Shown piece after piece: positions 17,100 through 26,580 of a stretch of 50,146 bases of DNA. The DNA comes from Pseudomonadota bacterium (GTDB taxonomy: Bacteria; Pseudomonadota; Alphaproteobacteria; Rhizobiales; CAJQND01). The DNA lies in assembly GCA_039180225.1 (NCBI GenBank), contig JBCDDQ010000001.1:1-50146 (forward strand). The letters run 5' to 3'. Every line of letters starts with the position of its first letter. Position 1 is the first letter of the stretch. The notes beneath the pieces were generated by a model. The model was not told where the DNA came from, did no database searches, and was given only the letters and a program-made list of their open reading frames with translations. The position numbers and the translations under genes are program-made.

Positions 17100-18554
17100 A
17101 TGGATACCCTCAACGATAAATCCCTCATCAAGGACAAGTGCCTGATCGCCGGCAAATGGGTCGGCGGCTCTGAGACGGCAGATGTGGTCAACCCGGCCAC
17201 CGGCGCATTGATCACCACCGTGCCGCGACTGGGCGCAAAGGAAACCGAAGAGGCCATCGCCGGGGCGGCGGAAGCTATGAAAGGCTGGGCTAAGAAAACC
17301 GCCAAGGAGCGCTCCATCGTGCTGCGCCGCTGGTACGATTTGATGATGGAGAACCAGGACGATCTCGCCCGCATCATGACCGCCGAACAAGGCAAGCCCC
17401 TGGCCGAAGCTAAGGGTGAGGTCGTGTACGGCGCCTCGTTCACCGAGTTCTACGCCGAGGAAGCAAAACGCATCTACGGGGAGACCATCCCCAGCCATAA
17501 GCCGGATGCGCGCATTGTGGTGCAGCGCCAGCCCATCGGTGTGGTGGCGGCCATCACCCCGTGGAACTTCCCCATGGCCATGATCACCCGCAAGGTCTCG
17601 CCGGCTCTGGCGGCAGGGTGCGGCGTGGTTTGCAAACCGGCAAGCGATACACCGCTCACGGCACTGGCGATTGCCGAACTGGCCAACCGGGCCGGGCTGC
17701 CTGAAGGGCTCTTCAGCGTGATCACCGGCAGTGCCGGAGCTATCGGCGGCGCGCTCACGTCGTCCGACACAGTCAAAGCTTTGACGTTCACCGGCTCAAC
17801 CGAAATCGGCCGCGTCCTCATGGAACAGTGTGCCGCTACCATTAAGAAAGTGGACCTGGAGCTGGGCGGCAATGCGCCCTTTATCGTGTTTGACGATGCC
17901 GATCTGGATGCGGCCGTCACGGGCGCCATGGCCTCCAAATACCGCAATGCGGGACAGACCTGCGTCTGCGCCAACCGGATCCTGGTGCAGGATGGGGTCT
18001 ATGACACCTTCTCTGAGAAGCTGGCCAAAGCGGTGATGGACCTGAAAGTGGGTCAAGGCACCGAAGTGGGCGTCACCACCGGTCCGCTGATCAACGCAGC
18101 TGCGGTCGAGAAGGTGGAAGAGCATGTGCAGGACGCAGTTGCCAATGGTGCTGAAATCGTCGTGGGCGGCAAGGCCCATGAGCTGGGCGGCAACTTCTAT
18201 CAGCCCACCGTTCTGAAGAATGTCACAACCAAGATGCTGGTCACCAATGAGGAGACCTTCGGTCCCGTCGCTCCGCTCTTCCGCTTCAAGACCGAGCAGG
18301 AAGCCGTTGACCTGGCCAACGACACCGAGTTTGGCCTCGCGTCCTACTTCTACAGCCGCGACATCGGCCGGTGCTGGCGGGTGGCCGAAGCGCTTGAGAC
18401 CGGCATCGTGGGCATCAACGAGGGCATCATCTCAACCGAAGTGGCGCCGTTTGGCGGCGTGAAACAGTCGGGCCTTGGGCGCGAAGGCTCACACCACGGC
18501 ATCACCGAGTTCACGGAGATCAAGTACATGCTCATGGGTGGGCTCGACTCTTAA
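17100..18554 (+). CDS. gabD: NAD(P)-dependent succinate-semialdehyde dehydrogenase
   Basis: Aldehyde dehydrogenase motifs (ITPWNFP, FTGSTEIG, ELGGNAPFIVFDDAD, NAGQTCVCANR, EETFGP). The SSADH-like N-terminus is LIAGKWV. Start set at ATG 17100 after an AGGAGG. Confidence 0.85.
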   Translation: MDTLNDKSLIKDKCLIAGKWVGGSETADVVNPATGALITTVPRLGAKETEEAIAGAAEAMKGWAKKTAKERSIVLRRWYDLMMENQDDLARIMTAEQGKPLAEAKGEVVYGASFTEFYAEEAKRIYGETIPSHKPDARIVVQRQPIGVVAAITPWNFPMAMITRKVSPALAAGCGVVCKPASDTPLTALAIAELANRAGLPEGLFSVITGSAGAIGGALTSSDTVKALTFTGSTEIGRVLMEQCAATIKKVDLELGGNAPFIVFDDADLDAAVTGAMASKYRNAGQTCVCANRILVQDGVYDTFSEKLAKAVMDLKVGQGTEVGVTTGPLINAAAVEKVEEHVQDAVANGAEIVVGGKAHELGGNFYQPTVLKNVTTKMLVTNEETFGPVAPLFRFKTEQEAVDLANDTEFGLASYFYSRDIGRCWRVAEALETGIVGINEGIISTEVAPFGGVKQSGLGREGSHHGITEFTEIKYMLMGGLDS

Positions 18555-18560
18555 GCCGGC

Positions 18561-19256
18561 ATGATGACGCAAGATGAACTGAAAAAGGTGGCCGCCGAAG
18601 CGGCTCTGGTGCACGTGCGCGATGGCATGAAGCTGGGGCTCGGCACCGGTTCAACGGCCCGGCCTTTTGTGGATCTGGTGGGCGGTCTCGTGGCGAACGG
18701 GCTGAACGTCACCTGTGTCCCAACGTCTGAGGTCACCGCCGCGCAGGCGCGGGGGCTTGGCATTCCGCTTTCCACCTTAGAGGACACCCCGCACCTGGAT
18801 GTGACCGTCGATGGAGCCGATGAGTTGGACGACCAGTTGCGTCTCATCAAAGGCGGGGGCGGGGCGCTGCTGCGCGAGAAGATCGTTGCGAGCGCTTCTG
18901 ACGAGATGGTGGTGATTGCCGATGCATCCAAGCATGTGGAAACGCTGGGGGCGTTTGCCCTGCCCATCGAAGTGGTGCAATTTGGGGCCAAGGTGACCGT
19001 GGGCAAGGTTGCCGCTATCTTGAGTGAGCTCAACCTGAAGCCTGATGTGCAGCGGCGGGAGACGGGCGATGGTCCCTTCATTACCGATGGTGGTAACTTC
19101 ATCTATGATTGCCACTTGGAGCGGCTGCCCAATCCGGAAGAGCTGGCGTCGGCTCTTGAGGCCCAGACCGGTGTGGTGGAACATGGGTTGTTTCTGGGGC
19201 TTGCTGCGCGGGCCTACGTGGCCGGTCCCGATGGTGTGAATGAGCTGACGGCTTAG
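18561..19256 (+). CDS. rpiA: Ribose-5-phosphate isomerase A
   Basis: LGLGTGSTA, DGADE and KGGGGALLREKIVA motifs. Confidence 0.9.
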   Translation: MMTQDELKKVAAEAALVHVRDGMKLGLGTGSTARPFVDLVGGLVANGLNVTCVPTSEVTAAQARGLGIPLSTLEDTPHLDVTVDGADELDDQLRLIKGGGGALLREKIVASASDEMVVIADASKHVETLGAFALPIEVVQFGAKVTVGKVAAILSELNLKPDVQRRETGDGPFITDGGNFIYDCHLERLPNPEELASALEAQTGVVEHGLFLGLAARAYVAGPDGVNELTA

Positions 19257-19272
19257 GAAAGGAATTTACAAG

Positions 19273-19770
19273 ATGAACGCCAAACTCTTCGGACTGTGTG
19301 CTGCGCTCAGTGTTCTTGTCCTGGCCGGCCCGGTTATGGCCGAGCAACCCACAGCGCAGCATGTGAAGGCCGCGCGCGAGATGCTACGCCTGACGGAAGC
19401 CGATAAGATGTTCAACGGGGTCTTGCCGGTGTTGTTGAAACAGCAGCTGCAACTGGTGAAGCAGCTACAACCCGCCATTTCGCCTGAAGCTTTGGAGCGT
19501 TTTGAGGTCTTGTTTGTGGCCGAAGCCAAAAAGGGCATCCAGAAAGTGATGGATGATGTGGCCGTGGTCTACGCCGAAGCGCTGAGCGAAGAAGAGCTTG
19601 GCGAGATTGCCGCGTTCTACAAGAGCCCTGTCGGGCGCAAGATGATAGAGATCAAGCCGGAGATGGCGCAGAAAGCCATGAAGATCGGCATCGCCTGGGG
19701 CCAGGAAGTGGGCACGACGGTGGGCGAAAAGGTGATTGAGCAGTTGAAGGAAGAAGGCCACACGTTTTAG
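19273..19770 (+). CDS. DUF2059 domain-containing periplasmic protein
   Basis: Signal peptide plus a helical protein with the FYKSPVGRKM motif characteristic of DUF2059. Confidence 0.65.
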   Translation: MNAKLFGLCAALSVLVLAGPVMAEQPTAQHVKAAREMLRLTEADKMFNGVLPVLLKQQLQLVKQLQPAISPEALERFEVLFVAEAKKGIQKVMDDVAVVYAEALSEEELGEIAAFYKSPVGRKMIEIKPEMAQKAMKIGIAWGQEVGTTVGEKVIEQLKEEGHTF

Positions 19771-19782
19771 GGAGAGCTAGAT

Positions 19783-20913
19783 ATGACCGAGACCGTGCGG
19801 GACGAACGCGACAGCCAGGTGGGCCGCGCCATCGTTGAGGACGACGTGGAGCTTGAAAGCTACTATGACGATCTGGCGGGCCTGGAGACCGGCGCGCTGT
19901 GGACGGTGGCCAATGATATCGAACCCTGGGAGCCGACGCCGGCCTCTGCCCCTACGATCTGGCGCAACAAAGAGCTGCGCCCTCAGGTGATGCGCTCGCT
20001 CGATCTGGTGTCCCCGGAAAAGGCGGGACGCCGCGTGGTTTACCTGCGCAACCCTAAGCGCAAGGACGTGAGCGCCTGTTGCGGCTGGCTGTTCAGCGGC
20101 ATCCAGGTGATGCGCCCGGGCGAGAAGACCTCGGCCCACAAACATGCCGCCTCGGCCTTGCGGTTCATCATGGAAGGTGCGGGCGGCTATACCGTGGTGG
20201 ATGGCCACAAGATCACCTTTGGCGCACGCGACTTCGTAATCACCCCCAACGGCACCTGGCATGACCATGGGGTGCTGGAGGAGGGCGAGGTGTCTATGTG
20301 GCAGGACGGTCTCGACATTCCGCTCACCAATGCGCTTGAGGCCAACTTTTATGAGGTGCATCCGGACCTCTATCAAAAGCCCAACTATCCGCAGAACGAC
20401 AGCCCCGGCACCTATGGCGCGCCGGGCCTTCTGCCGGCCAAGGAGACCTGGGACAAGCCCTACTCGCCGCTTATGAAGTATTCCTGGGAGGAGACTTATG
20501 AGGGGCTTCAGGCCTATGGCAAGGTTTCGGACGGATCGCCCTATGACGGGCTAATCATGCGCTATTCCAACCCCCACACGGGTGGCCATGTGATGCAGAC
20601 CATGGGCGCGCATATGCAGATGCTCAGGGGCGGTGAGGCGACCAAGGCACACCGGCATACCGGCAATGTGATTTACCATGTGGCCAAGGGCTCAGGACAT
20701 TCGGTGATCGGCGGCGTGCGCTATGACTGGAGCGAGAAGGACATCTTCTGCGTGCCGGCCTGGATGTGGCACGAGCACGCCAACGCGTCCGACAGCGAGG
20801 ACGCGTGCCTGTTCTCCTTCAACGACTTCCCGGTGATGGAGAAGCTTGGCTTCTATCGGGAAGAGGCGTTTGAGGATAATGGCGGTCACCAGGAGGTGAG
20901 CGGGACGGCCTAG
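19783..20913 (+). CDS. Gentisate 1,2-dioxygenase (bicupin)
   Basis: LWTVANDIEPWEP N-terminal signature and two cupin modules with His ligands (SAHKHAASALRFIMEG; KAHRHTGNVIYHVAKG). Confidence 0.8.
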   Translation: MTETVRDERDSQVGRAIVEDDVELESYYDDLAGLETGALWTVANDIEPWEPTPASAPTIWRNKELRPQVMRSLDLVSPEKAGRRVVYLRNPKRKDVSACCGWLFSGIQVMRPGEKTSAHKHAASALRFIMEGAGGYTVVDGHKITFGARDFVITPNGTWHDHGVLEEGEVSMWQDGLDIPLTNALEANFYEVHPDLYQKPNYPQNDSPGTYGAPGLLPAKETWDKPYSPLMKYSWEETYEGLQAYGKVSDGSPYDGLIMRYSNPHTGGHVMQTMGAHMQMLRGGEATKAHRHTGNVIYHVAKGSGHSVIGGVRYDWSEKDIFCVPAWMWHEHANASDSEDACLFSFNDFPVMEKLGFYREEAFEDNGGHQEVSGTA

Positions 20914-20994
20914 AGCGGGACGCATCCAGTTTGATCTGGTGTGCAGAGGCATTGCCGTGTACGAGGCACCGGACCTTTAACCAGGAGAGATCAA

Positions 20995-21672
20995 ATGGAC
21001 GTCCACGAAGCCATCATGTCGCGTCATTCCTGCCGGCGGTTCAAGCCCGACCCGGTGCCGCTAGAGGCCCTGCGCCGTATCCTCACCGGGGCCGGCAAGG
21101 CGCCAAGCGGGCACAACACTCAGCCGTGGAAAGTCTATGTGGTGCAAGGCGCCGCGAAGGAGCGGATCACCGAGAAGGCGCTCGCTGCCGCGCAAGGGAT
21201 CTCATCGCTGAAGGCCAGTGATCCTGAGTTTGATTACTACCCAACCAATTGGTTTGAGCCCTATCTGGAACGGCGCCGGGCCACCGGTTTCGGGCTCTAT
21301 GGCGCGTTGGGCATCGGCCGCGACGACAAGGAGGCGCGCGGTGAGCAGATGCTGCGGAACTTCAAGTTCTTCGATGCCCCGGTTGGCCTTTTCATCACCT
21401 TTTCACGCCGCATGTCGGTGGGCTCCTTCATGGATATCGGCATGTTTATTGAGAATATCCTGATCGGCGCCAGAGGCGAAGGTCTCCACACGTGCGGCCA
21501 GGTGGCCTGGTGCTCGCATCATCACCTGATCCGCGAAGAGCTGGGCATAGACGAGGACGAGCTCTTGGCCTGCGGCATCTCCGTGGGCTACGCGGTTGAG
21601 GACGCGCCGGAAAACATCTGGCGCACCGACCGGGCGGAGATTGACGAGTGGGTAACGTTTGTCAACGAATGA
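20995..21672 (+). CDS. Nitroreductase family protein
   Basis: EAIMSRHSCRRFKPDPV and APSGHNTQPW motifs. Start at ATG 20995 after a CAGGAGAG RBS. Confidence 0.8.
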   Translation: MDVHEAIMSRHSCRRFKPDPVPLEALRRILTGAGKAPSGHNTQPWKVYVVQGAAKERITEKALAAAQGISSLKASDPEFDYYPTNWFEPYLERRRATGFGLYGALGIGRDDKEARGEQMLRNFKFFDAPVGLFITFSRRMSVGSFMDIGMFIENILIGARGEGLHTCGQVAWCSHHHLIREELGIDEDELLACGISVGYAVEDAPENIWRTDRAEIDEWVTFVNE

Positions 21673-21929
21673 CGTCTGAATGCCTGGGCGTCGCTTCAGG
21701 GCTTCGCCGACAATCGCTACAAGTACAAAGGCAAATATAGATCTTTAACTTGCCAATATATCAACAATAGTGGCCACGGCTTTCTGTTGTTTTTTTAAAT
21801 CTGTTTGACACAGAACACCTTGTATTCGTTAATGGAGATGGAGGGGCGCACTGCAACCCGCGCTGAGAGCGTCGTTCGCTCAGCGGGGTTGAGGGTCAAA
21901 CTCATACCATCACGGATGGAGCTCCTCAG

Positions 21930-24044
21930 ATGTCAAACCATGAATTTCACAATCGGGTTCTCGATGCACGGCCGGACCGAATAGACTTTCGCGACAGGCC
22001 CTATTCTCCGCCGCTTGTGTCCCTGCCGGCCTCGTTCCCATCTGAAGAAGAGATCTCTCACTATCTGCCCGAGTACCACCGGACGTCAAAGATCCTTGAC
22101 CAGGGCCGGGAAGGTGCGTGCACGGGCTTTGGGCTTGCGGCGGTCATCAACTACACTCTGTGGGACAACTGGCTGCGCAGGAACGGCGGTGACCTGAAGG
22201 CGGGGGATCGCCCGGAACATGTCAGCCCGTGGATGCTCTATGACAACGCACGGGTCTACGATGAATGGGAGGGGGAGGACTATTCCGGCTCAAGCTGTCG
22301 CGGTGCCATGAAGGGGTGGCACAAGCACGGGGTGTGCCGGTCAGAGTTGTGGGAAAAACGCAGCAGGCGCGATCCCCGACCGCATAAATCCTGGAGTTCG
22401 GATGCCGCGCTGCGCCCGCTGGGCGCCTACTACCGGGTCGATGTGCGCTCGATCAGTGACATGCAGGCGGCGGTCCGCGAGGTGAGGGCCGTCTATTGCT
22501 CCGCTCGTGTGCATGCCGGCTGGTGGTTGGAAGGCCAGCAGAAGACCCAATCCATTGCGGGTCTGGAACTTCCCTTGATCAAACTCCACCAGAAGATCAC
22601 CGGCGGACATGCCTTCGCCGTTGTGGGGTACACGCCCTACGGTTTCATTGTGCAGAATTCCTGGGGGCCCCGCTGGGGTATGAAAGGTTTTGCGGTTCTG
22701 ACCTATGACGATTGGGCCCGCAATGGGGACGATGCCTGGGTGGCGGCCATTGCCGCGCCCATGCGTGTCGCCGAGAAGGTCTCCGTACCTGCCGCCCGCT
22801 CGCGCGGCGGATCGGAAATGTCCTCTTCAACCCTGAGCGCAGCGCTTGAGACCACAGCCAGCAAAGGGCCGTGGAACGAGGCCAAGGCCTATGAGCATTC
22901 GGTTGTGATGGGCAATGACGGCAAGGTGTTGCGGCGCCTTGTGGACACGGCCGATCCTGCCGACAATCTGCGCAAGGTTGTTTTTGAACTGCCGAAGGCG
23001 GCAATCGCCAGCGGCAAGAAGCGCATTCTGATTTATGCCCATGGCGGGCTGAACAGCGAAGAAGATGCGATCAACCGCGCCCGCCACCTGGGACCCTGGT
23101 TTGATGCCAACGGCATTCACCCGATCTTCCTGGTGTGGCGCACCTCTTTGATGGAGTCCATCGGACAGATCGGTGGCGACATCGTGGGGCCGTTCCTGAA
23201 GCAACGCGAAGAGATGCGTTCGCGCGGCATTGGAGACCTTGTGGACCGCGCTCTGGACAAGATGCAGAACAAGTTCGACAACGCCTTCGAGGCCGCCGCG
23301 GAGAAGGTTCTGGGCAAAGCGGTTTGGTCACAGATGAAACAGAACGCTGAAGCCGCCGCCAACGGCAACGGTGGCACGCGGCAAGTGACGCTTACGCTGA
23401 AAGAACTGAGTAAGGCACAACCTGATGCATCTTTCCATATGCTGGGGCATTCGGCAGGCTCGATCCTGCTGGGTCACATGCTGGACGACATGGACCCCGA
23501 CATCAGGCTTGGCACATTGGGGCTTTATGCGCCCGCCTGTTCACTGCGCTTTGCGGTCAGGCACTTCGGGCGGGCCTTCAAATCAGGCGTGTTGGCATCC
23601 GGCCAGCTGCATGTGGACAATCTGACCGACAAAAATGAGCGTGATGACACGGTGGGGCCTTACGGCAAATCGCTGCTCTATCTTGTGAGCCGGGCGTTCG
23701 AAGATCCCCGAAAGATGCCTCTGATGGGGTTTGAAAAATGCTGGGATCCGAGCACCAGCGATCTGAAGGAGCTCAAAGAGCAGTTTGGAGCCGACTTTGC
23801 CGACGGTCATATCAAGGACATTCGCGACTGGGATGCGATTGCTGATCAGTTCGGCGTTGAGCACACGGCCCACAAGCAAAAGCAGGTTGTGACCAGGACC
23901 TCGGCAAATGGTGCTGCGGAGCTGAAAATCGACATTGCGCACGGCAGCTTTGACAACGATATTGCGGTGGTCAGCGGTTCGGTGGCCAGGGTGTTGGGTC
24001 AACCCAAACCCAAGGTTCCGATCACGAATCTGATTGGGTTTTAG
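21930..24044 (+). CDS. Fusion of a papain-like cysteine peptidase (C1) with an alpha/beta-hydrolase (DUF900/lipase-like)
   Basis: The N-terminal domain has the full Q-C-H-N set: DQGREGACTGF (Cys64, 22119..22121), GGHAFAVVGY and QNSWGPRWG. The C-terminal domain has ILIYAHGGLNSEEDA and the nucleophile elbow GHSAG (Ser508, 23451..23453). No signal peptide. Confidence 0.75.
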   Translation: MSNHEFHNRVLDARPDRIDFRDRPYSPPLVSLPASFPSEEEISHYLPEYHRTSKILDQGREGACTGFGLAAVINYTLWDNWLRRNGGDLKAGDRPEHVSPWMLYDNARVYDEWEGEDYSGSSCRGAMKGWHKHGVCRSELWEKRSRRDPRPHKSWSSDAALRPLGAYYRVDVRSISDMQAAVREVRAVYCSARVHAGWWLEGQQKTQSIAGLELPLIKLHQKITGGHAFAVVGYTPYGFIVQNSWGPRWGMKGFAVLTYDDWARNGDDAWVAAIAAPMRVAEKVSVPAARSRGGSEMSSSTLSAALETTASKGPWNEAKAYEHSVVMGNDGKVLRRLVDTADPADNLRKVVFELPKAAIASGKKRILIYAHGGLNSEEDAINRARHLGPWFDANGIHPIFLVWRTSLMESIGQIGGDIVGPFLKQREEMRSRGIGDLVDRALDKMQNKFDNAFEAAAEKVLGKAVWSQMKQNAEAAANGNGGTRQVTLTLKELSKAQPDASFHMLGHSAGSILLGHMLDDMDPDIRLGTLGLYAPACSLRFAVRHFGRAFKSGVLASGQLHVDNLTDKNERDDTVGPYGKSLLYLVSRAFEDPRKMPLMGFEKCWDPSTSDLKELKEQFGADFADGHIKDIRDWDAIADQFGVEHTAHKQKQVVTRTSANGAAELKIDIAHGSFDNDIAVVSGSVARVLGQPKPKVPITNLIGF

Positions 24045-24162
24045 CGCCAACGCTCAAGATCTCGTGTGAGAAAAGGGCCATCCCATTCGTGGTCAAATGT
24101 GATACGAAGCCTCGGCGCGCGCCTTGCGCACCCTCTCCTTCAGTGTCTGAGAAAGAGCAAAA

Positions 24163-25533
24163 ATGGCTGAGTATGATTTTGACCTGTTCGTCATTGGCGC
24201 CGGTTCTGGCGGCGTTCGGGCGGCGCGGATGGCGGCGAGCCACGGAGCGAGCGTTGCGGTGGCCGAAGAATATCGCGTGGGCGGCACTTGCGTGATCCGG
24301 GGCTGCGTCCCGAAGAAGCTCTTCGTTTATGCCAGCCATTTCCCCGAATATGTGGAAGATGCTGAAGGCTATGGTTGGTCCATCGCGCCCGGCCGCTTCG
24401 ATTGGGCAACGCTCAGAGACAATAAGGACCAGGAGATCGACCGGCTGAATGGGATCTATATCCGTAACCTGGAAGCCTCTGGGGTTAAGATCATTCAGTC
24501 GCGCGCCACCCTGAAGGATGCCCACACGGTTCACCTGGAAAGTGACGGCACGCGCGTTACCGCCCGGCACATCCTCATCGCCACAGGCGCCACGCCCTTC
24601 GTGCCGGAGTTCCCGGGCTCTGAACATGCCATCACCTCCAATGAGGCGTTTCACCTGGATGCCCTGCCGGACAAGGTGATTGTGGTGGGCGGCGGCTATA
24701 TTGCTGTTGAGTTTGCCGGGATCTTCAACGGCTTAGGGCTTCAAACCACACAGCTCTACCGGGGTCCGCAGATCCTGCGCGGTTTCGACGATGACCTGCG
24801 CGACAGTCTCGCCCATGAGATGCGGGTCAAGGGCATCGACGTGCGCACCGAGAGCGATATTGCCAAGATTGAGCCGTCCGGTTCAGGCCTCACCGCCACG
24901 CTCAAATCGGGTGAAACCCTGGAGGCCGGGCTGGTGATGTATGCCACCGGCCGGGTGCCCAACACGGCAGGCCTTGGCTTGGAAGAGGCAGGCGTTGAGC
25001 TGAACGATAATGGAGCGGTTTCGGTGGATGCCTACTCGCAAACTTCCGTGCCCAACATCTACGCGGTGGGCGACGTGACAGACCGGATGAACCTCACGCC
25101 TGTGGCCATTCGCGAGGGTGCAGCGTTCGCGGAGACGGTCTTCAACAACACGCCCACGGCGGTGGATCACTCCAACATCGCCACAGCCGTCTTCTCTCAA
25201 CCTGAGATCGGCACGGTGGGTCTGACCGAAGCTGAGGCACAAGAAAGATATGGCGAGTTGGACATCTACAAATCCCGCTTCCGCCCCATGAAGTTCATCC
25301 TGCCAGGACGTGAGGAGAAGATGATGATGAAGCTCATCGTCGATGCGGCCTCCGACAAGGTGGTGGGCTGCCATATCCTGGGTCCTGACGCAGGCGAGAT
25401 GGCGCAGCTGCTCGGCATCGCGGTGAAAATGGGGGCCACCAAGGCCGATTTCGACGCCACGGTGGCGGTCCATCCCACCGCGGCGGAGGAACTGGTCACC
25501 ATGCGCGAGAAGTGGACCGCGCCCACCGGATGA
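24163..25533 (+). CDS. gor: Glutathione-disulfide reductase
   Basis: DLFVIGAGSGGVRAAR FAD motif, redox-active GGTCVIRGCVPKK and the C-terminal HPTAAEE motif. Confidence 0.88.
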   Translation: MAEYDFDLFVIGAGSGGVRAARMAASHGASVAVAEEYRVGGTCVIRGCVPKKLFVYASHFPEYVEDAEGYGWSIAPGRFDWATLRDNKDQEIDRLNGIYIRNLEASGVKIIQSRATLKDAHTVHLESDGTRVTARHILIATGATPFVPEFPGSEHAITSNEAFHLDALPDKVIVVGGGYIAVEFAGIFNGLGLQTTQLYRGPQILRGFDDDLRDSLAHEMRVKGIDVRTESDIAKIEPSGSGLTATLKSGETLEAGLVMYATGRVPNTAGLGLEEAGVELNDNGAVSVDAYSQTSVPNIYAVGDVTDRMNLTPVAIREGAAFAETVFNNTPTAVDHSNIATAVFSQPEIGTVGLTEAEAQERYGELDIYKSRFRPMKFILPGREEKMMMKLIVDAASDKVVGCHILGPDAGEMAQLLGIAVKMGATKADFDATVAVHPTAAEELVTMREKWTAPTG

Positions 25534-25632
25534 CCGCGATAAACCATTTGGTGGTTGCCACGTGCCGTGTTTGAATGTCTCCTGTGATGGATGGGGCCGA
25601 TTGTCGGCTGAGACAACATGGAGGAGATTTCA

Positions 25633-25905
25633 ATGAAAGTGCACAAACTGGGCTGCGGTGCAGCCATGGCTGTAGCAGGTGCGTTCGGATTGTCATTGGC
25701 GCTGACGCCCGCCTTGCCGGTGAGCAATGCTGAGGCGAAGACGATTTACAACTTCAATAAGCCGCAAAAAGCGCAGAAACGTGTGGCTAAACGGCGCCCG
25801 AAGCCGGCCTCCAATTCTCCGTTCTTCTTTTCACCCGCGTGCCTGATCCCGGGCGGCGGCAGTGTTGTGTGCGCACACCAGACCCTGACGAAGAAGAAAA
25901 ACTAG
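25633..25905 (+). CDS. Small secreted basic protein, unknown function
   Basis: A GGAGGAG RBS lies 6 nt before ATG 25633. The signal peptide reads MKVHKLGCGAAMAVAGAFGLSLALTPALPVSNA. A terminator hairpin follows. Confidence 0.5.
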   Translation: MKVHKLGCGAAMAVAGAFGLSLALTPALPVSNAEAKTIYNFNKPQKAQKRVAKRRPKPASNSPFFFSPACLIPGGGSVVCAHQTLTKKKN

Positions 25906-25931
25906 CAACAACCTGCCACGCAAACGTTATT

Positions 25932-25962
25932 CGGGCCGCTCAGCCTTGCGTTGAGCGGCCCG
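25932..25962 (+). terminator. Terminator-like hairpin
   Basis: cgggccgctca (25932..25942) pairs with tgagcggcccg (25952..25962), followed by a T-rich attcgtctt. Confidence 0.5.
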
Positions 25963-26006
25963 ATTCGTCTTGACCTGAATCGCCAGTCTCTATCTGGTCG
26001 GTATCT

Positions 26007-26567
26007 ATGGGTAAGATTCAAAACGTTTGCGTGTACTGCGGCTCCGGCCCTGGGATTGACCCGGTTTATGCCAGCGCCGCCCACACCCTGGGGCGGCTTC
26101 TGGCCGAGGCCAAGGTGGGGTTGGTCTATGGCGGCGGCTCGCTGGGCCTGATGGGCATCACCGCGAAGTCGACACTGGAGCATGGGGGCCATGTCACCGG
26201 CATTATCCCGGAATTTCTGATCAAACGAGAGATGATGCTGGAGGATGTCCAGGACCTCATCGTCACTGAGAACATGCATGAACGCAAGATGGCCATGTTC
26301 CACAAGGCCGATGCCTTCGTGGCTTTGCCGGGTGGCGTGGGGACCTTGGAAGAGCTGATCGAAATGAGCACCTGGCGCCAGCTGGGACGCCACACCAAGC
26401 CCATAATTCTGGCCAATATTGCAGGCTTCTGGGACCCGCTCCTGGACCTGCTGAACCATATGCGCTCTCAGGAATTCATCAGAGCCAATCTTGAGGTGCA
26501 CCTCGATGTCGTGAACCGGGCGGAAGACATCATGCCGACCATTGTGGCGCGGGCGGGTGAGAGCTGA
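26007..26567 (+). CDS. LOG family protein (TIGR00730; cytokinin riboside 5'-monophosphate phosphoribohydrolase-like)
   Basis: VCVYCGS, LVYGGGSLGLMG and PGGVGTLEEL motifs. Confidence 0.85.
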   Translation: MGKIQNVCVYCGSGPGIDPVYASAAHTLGRLLAEAKVGLVYGGGSLGLMGITAKSTLEHGGHVTGIIPEFLIKREMMLEDVQDLIVTENMHERKMAMFHKADAFVALPGGVGTLEELIEMSTWRQLGRHTKPIILANIAGFWDPLLDLLNHMRSQEFIRANLEVHLDVVNRAEDIMPTIVARAGES

Positions 26568-26580
26568 AGACAGACGCTGA

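Noticed and set aside
24022-24654. 210-aa minus-strand ORF overlapping the start of gor
   Set aside because: It is antisense to a clearly identified glutathione reductase and has no motifs. High-GC artefact.
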